Translations under genes and position numbers: made by a program
Notes under the pieces: model-generated
Told to the model about the DNA's origin: nothing
The model's database searches: none
What the model saw: the letters and a program-made list of their open reading frames with translations, nothing else
NCBI GenBank assembly: GCA_964579515.1
Contig: CAZOHA010000002.1
Coordinates: 4,027-68,026, forward strand
From: an uncultured Bacteroides sp.
GTDB lineage: Bacteria > Bacteroidota > Bacteroidia > Bacteroidales > GCA-2748055
Length of the DNA stretch: 64,000 bases
Direction of reading: 5' to 3'
Shown: positions 55,732 to 64,000 of the stretch, piece by piece
Layout of the letters: every line of letters starts with the position of its first letter
How positions within the stretch are numbered: position 1 is the stretch's first letter

Positions 55732-55769
55732 AAAAAAAAGGGGCTGTCTCGGATGAAACAGCCCCTTTC
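55732..55769. terminator. Bidirectional intrinsic terminator (A8-GGGGCTGT-loop-ACAGCCCC-TTT)
   Basis: An 8-bp GC-rich stem (55740-55747 and 55758-55765) has a 10-nt loop. On the minus strand a U8 tract follows it, just after the stop of the OMP gene at 55792. On the plus strand it follows the tricorn-like gene. Confidence 0.8.
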
Positions 55770-55791
55770 GCAGTATTAATCGAGTGGTAGT

Positions 55792-56355
55792 TTACAGCTT
55801 GAAGCTGATCCCCAGCGTGAGGTAGGCAATACCGTAGCCCAACTGCACGAATCCGGCCAGATTATCGGTAAAGTAGTAACGGCCGCCGAGATATCCGGAA
55901 AAAACGATTCCTCCGGAGGCACTGCTGGAACCGGAGGGTATATCCCCGAATTCGCTGGAAGTCGATATGCGGTATCCCAGCAGCACACCGGCATAGGTGT
56001 CCAGATTATCCACCAGCGGGTAATGAAAGGCTCCCTGGGCGGCTGCGATAATGTTGGTATAGTTCCAGCCCCACTCGGATCCGAAGTAGGCATACTCGTA
56101 CCGGTAAGAGCTGTAAGCCAGGTAACCGCCGATGCCGATAACCCCCTTTTCGAGTACATCCTCCACGATAGCCTGCTCATAGGAAATGGATACCGGAGGC
56201 ACTCGTCCGGTGGTATAGAGCCCGGTGCCGAAAGTGCGCCCGATCCCAATCCCCAGACTTACCACCTTGTCATCCATATTGAAGGTGCTCTCCTGAGCCT
56301 TTATGACCGGAATGGCAAAGAGTGCCGCAAGCACGAGAGTGAATAACTTTTTCAT
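55792..56355 (-). CDS. Small outer-membrane beta-barrel protein (OmpW/porin-like)
   Basis: 187 aa. Signal peptide MKKLFTLVLAALFAIPVIKAQE. The body is Gly/Tyr-rich with alternating strands and ends in ...LGISFKL. Confidence 0.75.
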   Translation of the reverse strand: MKKLFTLVLAALFAIPVIKAQESTFNMDDKVVSLGIGIGRTFGTGLYTTGRVPPVSISYEQAIVEDVLEKGVIGIGGYLAYSSYRYEYAYFGSEWGWNYTNIIAAAQGAFHYPLVDNLDTYAGVLLGYRISTSSEFGDIPSGSSSASGGIVFSGYLGGRYYFTDNLAGFVQLGYGIAYLTLGISFKL

Positions 56356-56629
56356 GTCCTTTGATTTTAGTTTTAGTGATCTGCATTAGGTAACAAGGAC
56401 CCTAAATATACAGCTATTCTGGGATCGTTTCGCCTGAAAGTCCCCAAAATTTTGGCTAATCCGGACTAAATATGGATAAAATCAAAGCAGAATTCGTTGA
56501 ACAGATGGCCACAACAGAGAAAGCTACCCGGATGGCAGCTCCCTCGGGCCAGGGACCCGGGAGAGCGGCCGGCAGGTAGCTTGAGCAAAGTGAAAGTCCT
56601 CTTTTTCAGGCAGTCCTTTTCTTCCGGGA

Positions 56630-57118
56630 TCAGGGAATGACATGGGTGATCTTCAACACCATCACCAGAGCGATCACCGCAGTAATCAGAGTCCAGACCG
56701 TGTAGAACCTCCGGTGCTTCCGTATGTTCTCCGTCACACTCCCGGCAGGGTCTGCTTCGATCTTCAGCAGCGCGGAGAGGTAGAACAGCAGCAGGTAGAG
56801 GAGCAGCGGAGTCCCCATGATCAGAAACGGTGTAACGATCACCTCAAAGCCCTGGGAGATCCATTCGGTCAGGTGAAGGGCGATCCAGAGGACCATGGTG
56901 AGGCCGAATGCGGCTTTGAACGATTCCGCACGATAACCCGCCGTTAGATCATTTTCGGTCCTTTCTCTGGAAAAAACCATGAGGAAAAGCCCCGGGTAAA
57001 CCAGTACCTGGAATTGTGCTCCCGCCCAGAGGAAGAGTCCGAGTCCTGCCAGGACGGTCATCAGCCCGATATATTTCACATAATAGGCCGCGAGCGGAAA
57101 AAAGGTAAAGGATTTCAT
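56630..57118 (-). CDS. Hypothetical integral membrane protein (about 5 TM segments)
   Basis: 162 aa, strongly hydrophobic, with no recognisable motif. Lies 68 nt downstream of the lipoprotein gene. Confidence 0.55.
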   Translation of the reverse strand: MKSFTFFPLAAYYVKYIGLMTVLAGLGLFLWAGAQFQVLVYPGLFLMVFSRERTENDLTAGYRAESFKAAFGLTMVLWIALHLTEWISQGFEVIVTPFLIMGTPLLLYLLLFYLSALLKIEADPAGSVTENIRKHRRFYTVWTLITAVIALVMVLKITHVIP

Positions 57119-57186
57119 GACAGTTTTCTTTGGTTTGGAGCGGATATTCTCCTACAATTTAGAGAGAATTCCCGGTAATTGCTTCA

Positions 57187-57933
57187 TTATTCCTTGATTT
57201 CCTCATTGGTGGCCACCGAAAAGGCCGTGGCCACCACCACCGATCCCAGGGGCCCGAATACCGATCCCAGAACCCCGCCGATCCCGTCGTTGATGATCAC
57301 CCAGCTGCTCTTTTTCAGCGCAGTGCCTTTCATTTGTCCGTTTTCAAAATCTTCCCAGAATTCATACGACCCGTTCAATATATCCCCGAAGAGTCGCTGG
57401 GCCGCCACATCGCCGGGGTCGCTGAACGGCACCCCCATGAAGGTGGAATTCACATAATCCCGGATGGCCTGCCGGCTTTCATCCCGTCTGCCCAGCTCCA
57501 GCACTTTACTGATCTCCATCAGGAACCGGTCACTGCAGGTGCCCATCTGCCCGAGCTGTTCCAGGAAATGGTTCTCATGGATGATAAAACCTTCACCGGG
57601 AGCACTTTTCTTTGGGGAAAAATGAAATTTCCCAGCAACCTGCTGCCGGGTGGCGGAGGTTTCATCCGGATCGTAGCCCTGCCGGTCGAGGTATTCGACA
57701 GAAAGGTCGAGCAGTTCGCAGATCTTTTCTTCCGTGGAAGCCTGCTTCAGCCGCCTGTGCTTGTAATAGTAGGCGATCATTTCATTGTGGATCCGCCCGG
57801 CATGGGACCAGACTTCCTTTTCCGGAACCGGTTCCGGCTCCGGATGGAGGGTTTGCTGGCAGGAGGCCAGCAGGAACAATGCTGCCAGGATGGCTCCGGA
57901 CAGACTCCATTGAACAGTCTTTGACGTTTTCAT
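57187..57933 (-). CDS. Hypothetical lipoprotein with C-terminal glycine-zipper hydrophobic segment
   Basis: Start taken at ATG 57933 (MKTSKTVQWSLSGAILAALFLLASC, a lipobox). A helical soluble domain is followed by GIGGVLGSVFGPLGSVVVATAFSVA near the C-terminus. An alternative ATG is at 57969. Confidence 0.6.
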   Translation of the reverse strand: MKTSKTVQWSLSGAILAALFLLASCQQTLHPEPEPVPEKEVWSHAGRIHNEMIAYYYKHRRLKQASTEEKICELLDLSVEYLDRQGYDPDETSATRQQVAGKFHFSPKKSAPGEGFIIHENHFLEQLGQMGTCSDRFLMEISKVLELGRRDESRQAIRDYVNSTFMGVPFSDPGDVAAQRLFGDILNGSYEFWEDFENGQMKGTALKKSSWVIINDGIGGVLGSVFGPLGSVVVATAFSVATNEEIKE

Positions 57934-58039
57934 AGTTGGTTGTTTTGGTGAAAAAGAATGGTTATCCATTGATGTGGCCGGCGCTCATATATCGGTTGCA
58001 CGGAACCGGGAAAAGCCAATTTATTGCTATCTTCGGGTC

Positions 58040-59074
58040 ATGACCATAGAGAAATATCCTTACGGCAATCTCCCCGACGGCAGGGAGGTAACACGATTTG
58101 TACTTGATAACGGGAAAGGGATGGTGATGGAGGTGATCAACTACGGGGCGATCATCACCTCCCTCCGCGTTCCCGACAAAAATCACGATCCGGGCGACGT
58201 GGTCCTGGGTTTCGATAACCTGGAGGGATATCTGGGCGATCATCCCTATTTCGGGGCGATGGTGGGAAGGGTCTGCAACCGTATCGGAGGTTCGCGCTTT
58301 GAGCTGGACGGCAACGAGTACAACCTCTCCGCCAACGAAGGGGAAAACCACCTCCATGGGGGGACCAGCGGGTTTGACCGGAAGCTCTGGACCCCCTCCA
58401 CCCGCAGGACGCCGGAACAGGTGTCACTGAAACTGGGGTATGAAAGCCCGGACGGGGAGGAGGGGTATCCCGGTAACCTGATGACCGAGGTGGAGTATTC
58501 ACTCAATGAGCGGAACGAACTGGCCATTCTCTGCAGGGCGGCCACCGATAAGCCGACTCATGTGAACCTGACCAATCACAGCTATTTCAATTTAAATAAC
58601 TGCCAGGGAACGATCCACCGGCATGAACTGTTCGTTGATGCCGGCCTATGCACGGAACTGGATGCCGCCAGCATACCCACGGGCAGGATCCTGGAGGTGG
58701 ATAACACCCCGTACGATTTCCGGATGGCCACCCCCATCGGAGAACGGATAGAAGAGGTGGAGCCGGGATACGACATCAACTATGTGGTGACCATGGAACC
58801 CCGGGGGAAGGAGCTGCGGCGGGTGGCGGCCCTGCGCGACCCCGATTCGGGCCGCGTCATGGAGGTGCTTACCACGCTGCCCGGGGTACAGCTCTATACC
58901 TCCAATCACATCGATCATATCGAGGGAAAGGGAGGGGTTCCCTACAAAAAGCACTGTGCAGTATGCCTGGAGACCCAGTATTTCCCCGATACGCCCAACC
59001 AGCCCGCTTTTCCCTCCACCCGCCTTCATCCGGGAGAGGAGTACCATGAGGTGACCATCTACCGGTTCAGCTGA
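58040..59074 (+). CDS. galM: Aldose 1-epimerase (galactose mutarotase)
   Basis: Start taken at ATG 58040 (MTIEKYPYG). Motifs NHLHGG, VNLTNHSYFNL and CLETQYFPD. Confidence 0.88.
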   Translation: MTIEKYPYGNLPDGREVTRFVLDNGKGMVMEVINYGAIITSLRVPDKNHDPGDVVLGFDNLEGYLGDHPYFGAMVGRVCNRIGGSRFELDGNEYNLSANEGENHLHGGTSGFDRKLWTPSTRRTPEQVSLKLGYESPDGEEGYPGNLMTEVEYSLNERNELAILCRAATDKPTHVNLTNHSYFNLNNCQGTIHRHELFVDAGLCTELDAASIPTGRILEVDNTPYDFRMATPIGERIEEVEPGYDINYVVTMEPRGKELRRVAALRDPDSGRVMEVLTTLPGVQLYTSNHIDHIEGKGGVPYKKHCAVCLETQYFPDTPNQPAFPSTRLHPGEEYHEVTIYRFS

Positions 59075-59075
59075 A

Positions 59076-61049
59076 ATGAGAGCGGACCTGTTCCATATCT
59101 TCACGATACTTCTGGCTTGTCTTTTGCCGGCACCGGTGCTGAAGGCGCAGGTTCACCACAGTTGTCCCTTCCACCTGGATGCCGGGCTGGATTATGAGAA
59201 TCCTCTTTTTAAAAGATGGCTCTCCGCTTACGATATTCATTACTACGACCTCACCCTGGAGGTAACCAACCAGAGCACCTTTATCGAAGGAGAGGCTGTG
59301 ATGATGGCCTCGGCAGAAAGGGACCTCGACACCGTGGTACTGGAGCTTCAGGATGCCATGGAAATCACAGAAGTGGCCTTCAGGGCCGGTCCTGAAGGGC
59401 AGCTCTTCTCGGATGTACCTGACTTTATTCACCGGGAACATGCGATCTATATTCCCCTGGAGGTCAATGTTTTGCAGGGAGAGTTTTTTTTCATAAAAGT
59501 TACATACCGCGGAATCGCCGGTCAGGGGGGAGGCTTTTTTACGGGGGTCACCAGCCGGACCGATCCGGACTATGGGTTCGGGGTCACTTATACCCTTTCG
59601 GAACCGATGAATGCCAGGGACTGGTTCCCCGCCAAACAGGTACTGGAGGACAAGATCGATTCGGTCCGGATGAACCTGAAATGCGATACGGCGCTCATGG
59701 CGGCCTCCAACGGGATCCTGGAGCTGATCGAGCCTTCGGACGATCAGAAAAATATTTTCCGCTGGGTGACCCGTTACCCCATGGCCTACTACCTGCTCTC
59801 ATTCACGGTGGCCGATTACCGTGATTTCTCTTTCATGGCCGGACTTTCAACTCCGGGCGATTCGGTTCTGGTGCAGAATTACCTCTATGATTCGGACCAG
59901 CTGCTGGATGACTGGGAAGAGGAGATCCGGGCCACCGGTCCGATGATCACCTCGTTTTCACGATTGCTGACCGACTACCCTTTTTCGGAGGAGAAGTACG
60001 GGCATGCCATGGCACCCATGGGCGGGGGGATGGAGCACCAGACCATGAGCACCATGCAGGATTTCAATTTTTTCCTGGTGGCCCACGAATTGGCCCACCA
60101 GTGGTTCGGTGACTATGTGACCTGCGGCAACTGGCAGGATATCTGGATCAATGAGGGTTTCGCCTCCTATTTCGAATATATTGCCGCACAGGAGCTCCTG
60201 GGTCAGGAGGCAGCCGATGGCTGGATGGGCAATGCCGTGTCCATCGCCCTCTCGGAGACCACCGGATCGGTCTATGTACCGGAAGAGGAGGTGGAAAGCA
60301 CTTTCCGGCTGTTCGACTTCGGACTGAGTTATAAAAAGGGAGCTATTCTGCTGCACATGATCCGCTACCATCTGAACGACGATGATCTGTTTTTCAGGAG
60401 CCTCAGAACCTATCTGGAGGAGCGGGGCAATGGCCTGGCCACCGGGCAGGAGTTCAGGGAGGTACTGGAAAGGGTGAGCGGAACGGATTTCTCCTGCTTT
60501 TTCGAGCAGTGGTATTACGGGGAGGGATTTCCGCGGTTCAATATTCAATGGGCCGTTCAGGGGGATTCTCTGAATGTATTCAGTGAACAAAACACCACCG
60601 CACCGGGGGTTACCCCCTTTTTCCGAACTCCCTTCGATCTGGAACTGACCTATGCCGATGGATCTGTCTCCAGAGTCCGTCTCCTGCAGGAGCAACCGGA
60701 GCAATCTTTTTCAGTGCCTGTCCGGAATATAGTTACCCGGGTGAGGTTCGATCCCGACGGATGGCTACTGAAAACCTCCACGGTGAACAAACAGGTCCCC
60801 GCCGACCGGGTCTTCACTTTCGGTCCCAATCCGGTCACCGGTGAATTGGTGGTGGAGTTCACCAATCTCAGCGAGATCGACCGGGTGAAGATCACCAGCA
60901 TGAGCGGTCAGGAGGTTCTGCACCGGGAGAAGCTGGCCAACCCGCTGACCATGGATCTGTCCCGTTTGGCCGACGGGCCATATATCCTGGTGCTCAGTGG
61001 GATACAGGGCACCTACATGGAGCGGATCGTCAAGGTCTCCGGTGATTAA
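59076..61049 (+). CDS. M1-family aminopeptidase with C-terminal T9SS (Por) sorting domain
   Basis: 657 aa. GGGMEHQTM (GAMEN-like), HELAHQWFGD plus WINEGFASY. The last ~80 aa (FGPNPVTGELVVEF...LVLSGIQGTYMERIVKV) resemble a type-A T9SS CTD. Confidence 0.88.
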   Translation: MRADLFHIFTILLACLLPAPVLKAQVHHSCPFHLDAGLDYENPLFKRWLSAYDIHYYDLTLEVTNQSTFIEGEAVMMASAERDLDTVVLELQDAMEITEVAFRAGPEGQLFSDVPDFIHREHAIYIPLEVNVLQGEFFFIKVTYRGIAGQGGGFFTGVTSRTDPDYGFGVTYTLSEPMNARDWFPAKQVLEDKIDSVRMNLKCDTALMAASNGILELIEPSDDQKNIFRWVTRYPMAYYLLSFTVADYRDFSFMAGLSTPGDSVLVQNYLYDSDQLLDDWEEEIRATGPMITSFSRLLTDYPFSEEKYGHAMAPMGGGMEHQTMSTMQDFNFFLVAHELAHQWFGDYVTCGNWQDIWINEGFASYFEYIAAQELLGQEAADGWMGNAVSIALSETTGSVYVPEEEVESTFRLFDFGLSYKKGAILLHMIRYHLNDDDLFFRSLRTYLEERGNGLATGQEFREVLERVSGTDFSCFFEQWYYGEGFPRFNIQWAVQGDSLNVFSEQNTTAPGVTPFFRTPFDLELTYADGSVSRVRLLQEQPEQSFSVPVRNIVTRVRFDPDGWLLKTSTVNKQVPADRVFTFGPNPVTGELVVEFTNLSEIDRVKITSMSGQEVLHREKLANPLTMDLSRLADGPYILVLSGIQGTYMERIVKVSGD

Positions 61050-61086
61050 AATGTTTCCCTGAATAGATCTTTTAATAACTACCAAT

Positions 61087-63687
61087 ATGCGCACCCAACT
61101 TTTCATTTTCATCACCTTTCTGCTGTCATTCTCCTGCAGTCAGAGTGTCCGGTATCCCTATCAGGACACCGGTTTGGATTTTGAGACCCGGGCCGCCGAC
61201 CTGGTTGGCCGGATGACCCTCCAGGAAAAAGTGAGCCAGCTTACCCATTATGCCGATTCGGTGGAGCGGCTGGGCGTTCCCATGTATAACTGGTGGAACG
61301 AGTGTCTCCACGGGGTGGCCAGGGCTGGGAAAGCCACCGTCTTTCCGCAGGCCATCGGGATGGCAGCCACCTTCGACCGCGATCTGATGTTCCGGATGGC
61401 CGATATCACCTCCACCGAGGCGAGGGCCAAACACCACGACTTCGTGTCCAGGGGCAAACGGGGGATGTACCAGGGACTCACCTTCTGGTCGCCCAATATC
61501 AATATCTTCCGTGATCCGCGATGGGGAAGGGGGCATGAGACCTACGGAGAGGATCCCTACCTGACCGGAGAGATGGCGGTCCAGTTTATCCGCGGCCTCC
61601 AGGGGGATGATCCCCGCTACCTGAAGGTGGTGGCCACCTCGAAGCACTATGCGGTCCATAGCGGGCCGGAGCCGCTCAGGCACCAGTTCGATGCGGTGGT
61701 CAGTACCCGCGATTTCAGGGACACCTATCTTCCGGCCTTCAGGAAAACGGTGAAGGTAGCCGGGGTCTATTCGGTTATGTGTGCATACAACCGCTACATG
61801 GGAGAACCCTGTTGTGCCAGTGTTCCTCTTCAGGAAGAGATTCTGAGGGAGGAGCTTGGATTCGAGGGCTATATCGTATCGGACTGCGGAGCCATCCGCG
61901 ATTTCCATACCGGCCACGATGTGGTGGAGACCCCGGAGGAGGCGGCGGCACTGGGGATCATGGGGGGAACGGACCTGAATTGCGGCAACCAGTACGAGTC
62001 GCTGGTCAGGGCGGTGGAGCAGGGGCTGATCGATGAGGCGGAGGTGGATACTGCTGTCATCCGGCTGATGACCGCCCGGATGAAACTGGGGATGTTCGAT
62101 CCCCCGGAAATGGTCCCCTGGGCCGACTATCCGGTCGACACGGTGGCCTGCCCGCCACACCGGGAGGTGGCGCTGGAGATGGCCCGGAAGTCGATCGTCC
62201 TGCTGAAAAATGAAGGCGGGGCCCTTCCCCTTTCCAGATCGCCGGAACGGATCGCGGTGATCGGACCCAATGCCGACAATGTGGATACTCAGTACGGGAA
62301 CTATAACGGGACAGCACTCGATCCGGTGACCGTTCTGGAGGGGATCCGCTCCAGGCTGGACGGAACAGCCGAGGTCCGGTATGCTCAGGGATCCCGCCAT
62401 CACGAAGGGATGCCCTTCCTGGTCCCTGTACCCGGAGAGGTGCTTTACACCGATCAGGATGCCGGCGAACCCGGGATGAAGGTTGCGTATTATGACCATC
62501 CGGATGCTTCCGGGACCCCTGCCGCGACCGGTGCGGATCCTCAGGTGGACGTTTACTGGTGGGACGGAGAGCCACCGGTGGATCAGCTGAGGGATGATCA
62601 CTATTCGGCTCGCTGGACCGGTTACCTGGTGCCCCGGAGGAGCGGCACTCACGCCCTCGGGGTGAACGGAAAGTATGTCACTCTGGTTTTCGACGGAGAT
62701 ACACTGATCCGCCATCGCAATATCCATCACCCCAACAAGATCCACCGCAGGGTCGACCTGCAGGCGGGTGAGGCCTACCCGGTGCAGGTGACCCTGGAGG
62801 ATGAGCACGGGGATGCTCCCTGCACACTGATCTGGGAGGAGCCCGGCCTGCCGCTCCTCAGCGAGGCTCTTCAGACAGCCCGCTGGTCCGACCATGTGGT
62901 CCTGGTGCTGGGTCTGAGCGCCCACCTGGAAGGAGAGGAGATGCGGGGCCTGGACCTGGAAGGTTTCAGCGGGGGCGACCGCACTTCCCTCCAGCTGCCG
63001 GAGGTGCAGAAGCAGTTGATCCGGTCGGTGGCAGCCACCGGCAAGCCTTTTACAGTGGTGCTGATGACCGGCTCGGCCATCTCTTTTCCCCGGGAGCAGC
63101 AGCTATCGCCTGCCATTCTTCAGGCCTGGTACGGAGGGGAGGCGGCCGGCCTGGCTGTGGCCGATGTGCTGTTCGGAGATTTTAATCCCGCGGGACGGCT
63201 TCCGGTGACTTACTACCGCAGTGTGGAGGAGATCCCTCCGTTCGGGGAGTATGACATGGATGACCGGACCTACCGCTACTTCAGCGGGGAGGTGCTCTAT
63301 CCCTTCGGATTCGGACTCAGCTATTCCACCTTCACTTACAACAACCTGATCCTGGAAAAAGAGGAGATCAGCACCAACGAAGAGATCACGGTCAGCGTCG
63401 ATGTGACCAACGAGGGTCCCCTGGATGGCGAGGAAGTGGTTCAGATGTACCTCCGGTATCCGGATTCGGGGCGGGAAAGCCCCCTGAAGGAGCTCCGGGG
63501 ATTCGAGCGGGTCGCCATTCAAACGGGGCAGACTCTGGTGGTTACTATGAAACTGGGTCCGGACGAACTGGCCCGGTTCAATGAGCAGACCGGAGATTAC
63601 CGGGTCGCATCCGGCACCTACCAGGTGCTGGCCGGACCTTCGTCGGAGGATGAAAAATTGCTGATGACGGAACTGGTGGTCAGGTAG
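61087..63687 (+). CDS. GH3 beta-glucosidase/xylosidase with inserted PA14 domain
   Basis: 866 aa. KHYAVHSGPE and the nucleophile context GYIVSDCGA. The PA14-like insert is YSARWTGYLVPRRSGTHALGVNG. A C-terminal Fn3-like domain is present. Confidence 0.9.
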   Translation: MRTQLFIFITFLLSFSCSQSVRYPYQDTGLDFETRAADLVGRMTLQEKVSQLTHYADSVERLGVPMYNWWNECLHGVARAGKATVFPQAIGMAATFDRDLMFRMADITSTEARAKHHDFVSRGKRGMYQGLTFWSPNINIFRDPRWGRGHETYGEDPYLTGEMAVQFIRGLQGDDPRYLKVVATSKHYAVHSGPEPLRHQFDAVVSTRDFRDTYLPAFRKTVKVAGVYSVMCAYNRYMGEPCCASVPLQEEILREELGFEGYIVSDCGAIRDFHTGHDVVETPEEAAALGIMGGTDLNCGNQYESLVRAVEQGLIDEAEVDTAVIRLMTARMKLGMFDPPEMVPWADYPVDTVACPPHREVALEMARKSIVLLKNEGGALPLSRSPERIAVIGPNADNVDTQYGNYNGTALDPVTVLEGIRSRLDGTAEVRYAQGSRHHEGMPFLVPVPGEVLYTDQDAGEPGMKVAYYDHPDASGTPAATGADPQVDVYWWDGEPPVDQLRDDHYSARWTGYLVPRRSGTHALGVNGKYVTLVFDGDTLIRHRNIHHPNKIHRRVDLQAGEAYPVQVTLEDEHGDAPCTLIWEEPGLPLLSEALQTARWSDHVVLVLGLSAHLEGEEMRGLDLEGFSGGDRTSLQLPEVQKQLIRSVAATGKPFTVVLMTGSAISFPREQQLSPAILQAWYGGEAAGLAVADVLFGDFNPAGRLPVTYYRSVEEIPPFGEYDMDDRTYRYFSGEVLYPFGFGLSYSTFTYNNLILEKEEISTNEEITVSVDVTNEGPLDGEEVVQMYLRYPDSGRESPLKELRGFERVAIQTGQTLVVTMKLGPDELARFNEQTGDYRVASGTYQVLAGPSSEDEKLLMTELVVR

Positions 63688-63720
63688 ATCCGGGATCAGA
63701 GCCGATATTTCGGACCGAAA

Positions 63721-64000
63721 TCAGGCCGGGGGATTATAGGCCAGTCCCCCGATCACCGCCAGAAGCAGGATCAGCAGGAGGAACCAGAAGAAGGTTCCCA
63801 GGGCCAGGGCTCCGGGCCTGGTGCTTCTCACCTCTTCCGCCCCGGTACCGGGCGGAACCTCCTCCGCCCTTCTTCGGGGCGGGGTGGCCGCACCGATGAG
63901 CAGTGCAAAGATCAGGATAAAGAGAAAGGCTCCCAGCCAGCTGACACCGAAAACATAGGGTCCGATGGGATTGATCCAGGCCTCTGCCGCAATCCCCGCG
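63721..64000 (-). CDS. 3' end of an unlisted minus-strand ORF (membrane protein; start lies beyond the window)
   Basis: My own translation of the reverse strand is open from 64000 down to TGA at 63721-63723. It gives two hydrophobic helices (FGVSWLGAFLFILIFALLIGAA and ALGTFFWFLLLILLLAVIGGLA) separated by a charged loop. Confidence 0.45.
   Translation of the reverse strand, partial: AGIAAEAWINPIGPYVFGVSWLGAFLFILIFALLIGAATPPRRRAEEVPPGTGAEEVRSTRPGALALGTFFWFLLLILLLAVIGGLAYNPPA

Noticed and set aside
56473-56580. 35-codon ORF (MDKIKAEFVEQMATTEKATRMAAPSGQGPGRAAGR) in the 274-nt intergenic region between the OMP gene and the membrane-protein gene.
   Set aside because: It has no recognisable promoter box, no motif, and a Gly/Ala/Pro-rich C-terminus typical of random GC-rich sequence. 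It cannot be supported without conservation or expression data.
61126-62925. Very long antisense ORFs opposite real genes. Examples are 599 aa at 61126-62925 opposite GH3, 438 aa at 4536-5852 opposite hydF, 444 aa at 50366-51700, 393 aa at 53463-54644, 400 aa at 20474-21676, 380 aa at 29744-30886, 365 aa at 46042-47139, 351 aa at 11809-12864 and 335 aa at 7377-8384.
   Set aside because: Each lies entirely inside a gene with clear family motifs on the other strand. Their translations are Gly/Pro/Arg/His/Asp-rich with no motifs, signal peptides or TM pattern. Stop-free antisense frames are expected in GC3-biased coding sequence. I treat them as shadow ORFs.
63707-63721. Palindrome ATTTCGG-A-CCGAAAT after the GH3 stop, considered as a possible terminator.
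   Set aside because: The loop is too small for the full stem, and the effective stem is about 5 bp with no U-tract. It also overlaps the stop codon of the convergent partial ORF.
1-64000. Searched by eye for CRISPR-like spaced repeats, tRNA/rRNA-like segments, transposase/integrase/recombinase or phage genes, toxin-antitoxin pairs and known defence-system signatures (reverse transcriptase, Cas, restriction-modification, large ATPase-nuclease pairs).
   Set aside because: None were found. Non-coding space is limited to a few spacers of 440 nt or less. No ORF shows DDE, tyrosine- or serine-recombinase, or defence-type motifs. GC content is uniform apart from two AT-rich promoter spacers, so the window looks like core chromosome rather than an island. 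An Infernal/tRNAscan run would be needed to exclude small RNAs formally.

Overview
The window is a contiguous, densely coding (about 90%) chromosomal segment of roughly 57-60% GC. It is most consistent with an anaerobic member of the Bacteroidota/FCB group. Supporting signs are a T9SS C-terminal sorting domain, many lipoprotein and outer-membrane proteins, TAnnTTTG-type -7 promoter boxes and Bacteroidota-typical DUF gene pairs. I support about 52 protein-coding genes. I found no rRNA, tRNA, CRISPR array, transposase, integrase or phage genes. Main blocks, in order:
(1) A split [FeFe]-hydrogenase maturase locus: the hydG 3' end on +, then an aspartase-like gene, hydF and hydE on -, separated by an SLC12-like transporter and a flavin reductase. 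No hydA is in the window.
(2) A PiT phosphate transporter fused to a long helical tail, a Nudix hydrolase, a PQQ-type dehydrogenase-cytochrome c fusion, and lipA-lipB.
(3) A nitrogen-assimilation block on the minus strand: porin-glnK-amtB, then gltB-gltD-ykgJ. The 438-nt spacer between them holds a good promoter match and a 17-bp leader hairpin.
(4) A sugar-phosphate block: tal, a SIS-only isomerase, two isochorismatase-like hydrolases, a PfkB kinase and an aldo/keto reductase.
(5) Envelope and peptidase genes: two M1 peptidases, a DPP4-like S9 peptidase, a tricorn-like S41 peptidase, a BNR/sortilin-like protein, GH13, GH3-PA14, a sulfatase and a GT39/ArnT-like transferase.
The two strongest candidates for undescribed biology are these:
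(a) A tightly coupled cassette at 45.5-49.0 kb: LysE exporter, ATP-grasp ligase, DDC-type aromatic amino-acid decarboxylase and P-loop NTPase, possibly extending to the next gene, an MDR oxidoreductase (down to 44.5 kb). It echoes the MfnA/MfnD logic for making a gamma-glutamyl-arylamine.
(b) A two-gene module at 32.9-34.8 kb: a CHAD protein plus a coiled-coil protein with a histone-H1-like Lys/Ala/Pro tail. It is preceded by three TTAACT repeats at exact 11-bp spacing, and a similar phased motif sits upstream of the PiT transporter.
All functional calls rest on motifs read by eye from the supplied translations. No database search was run.
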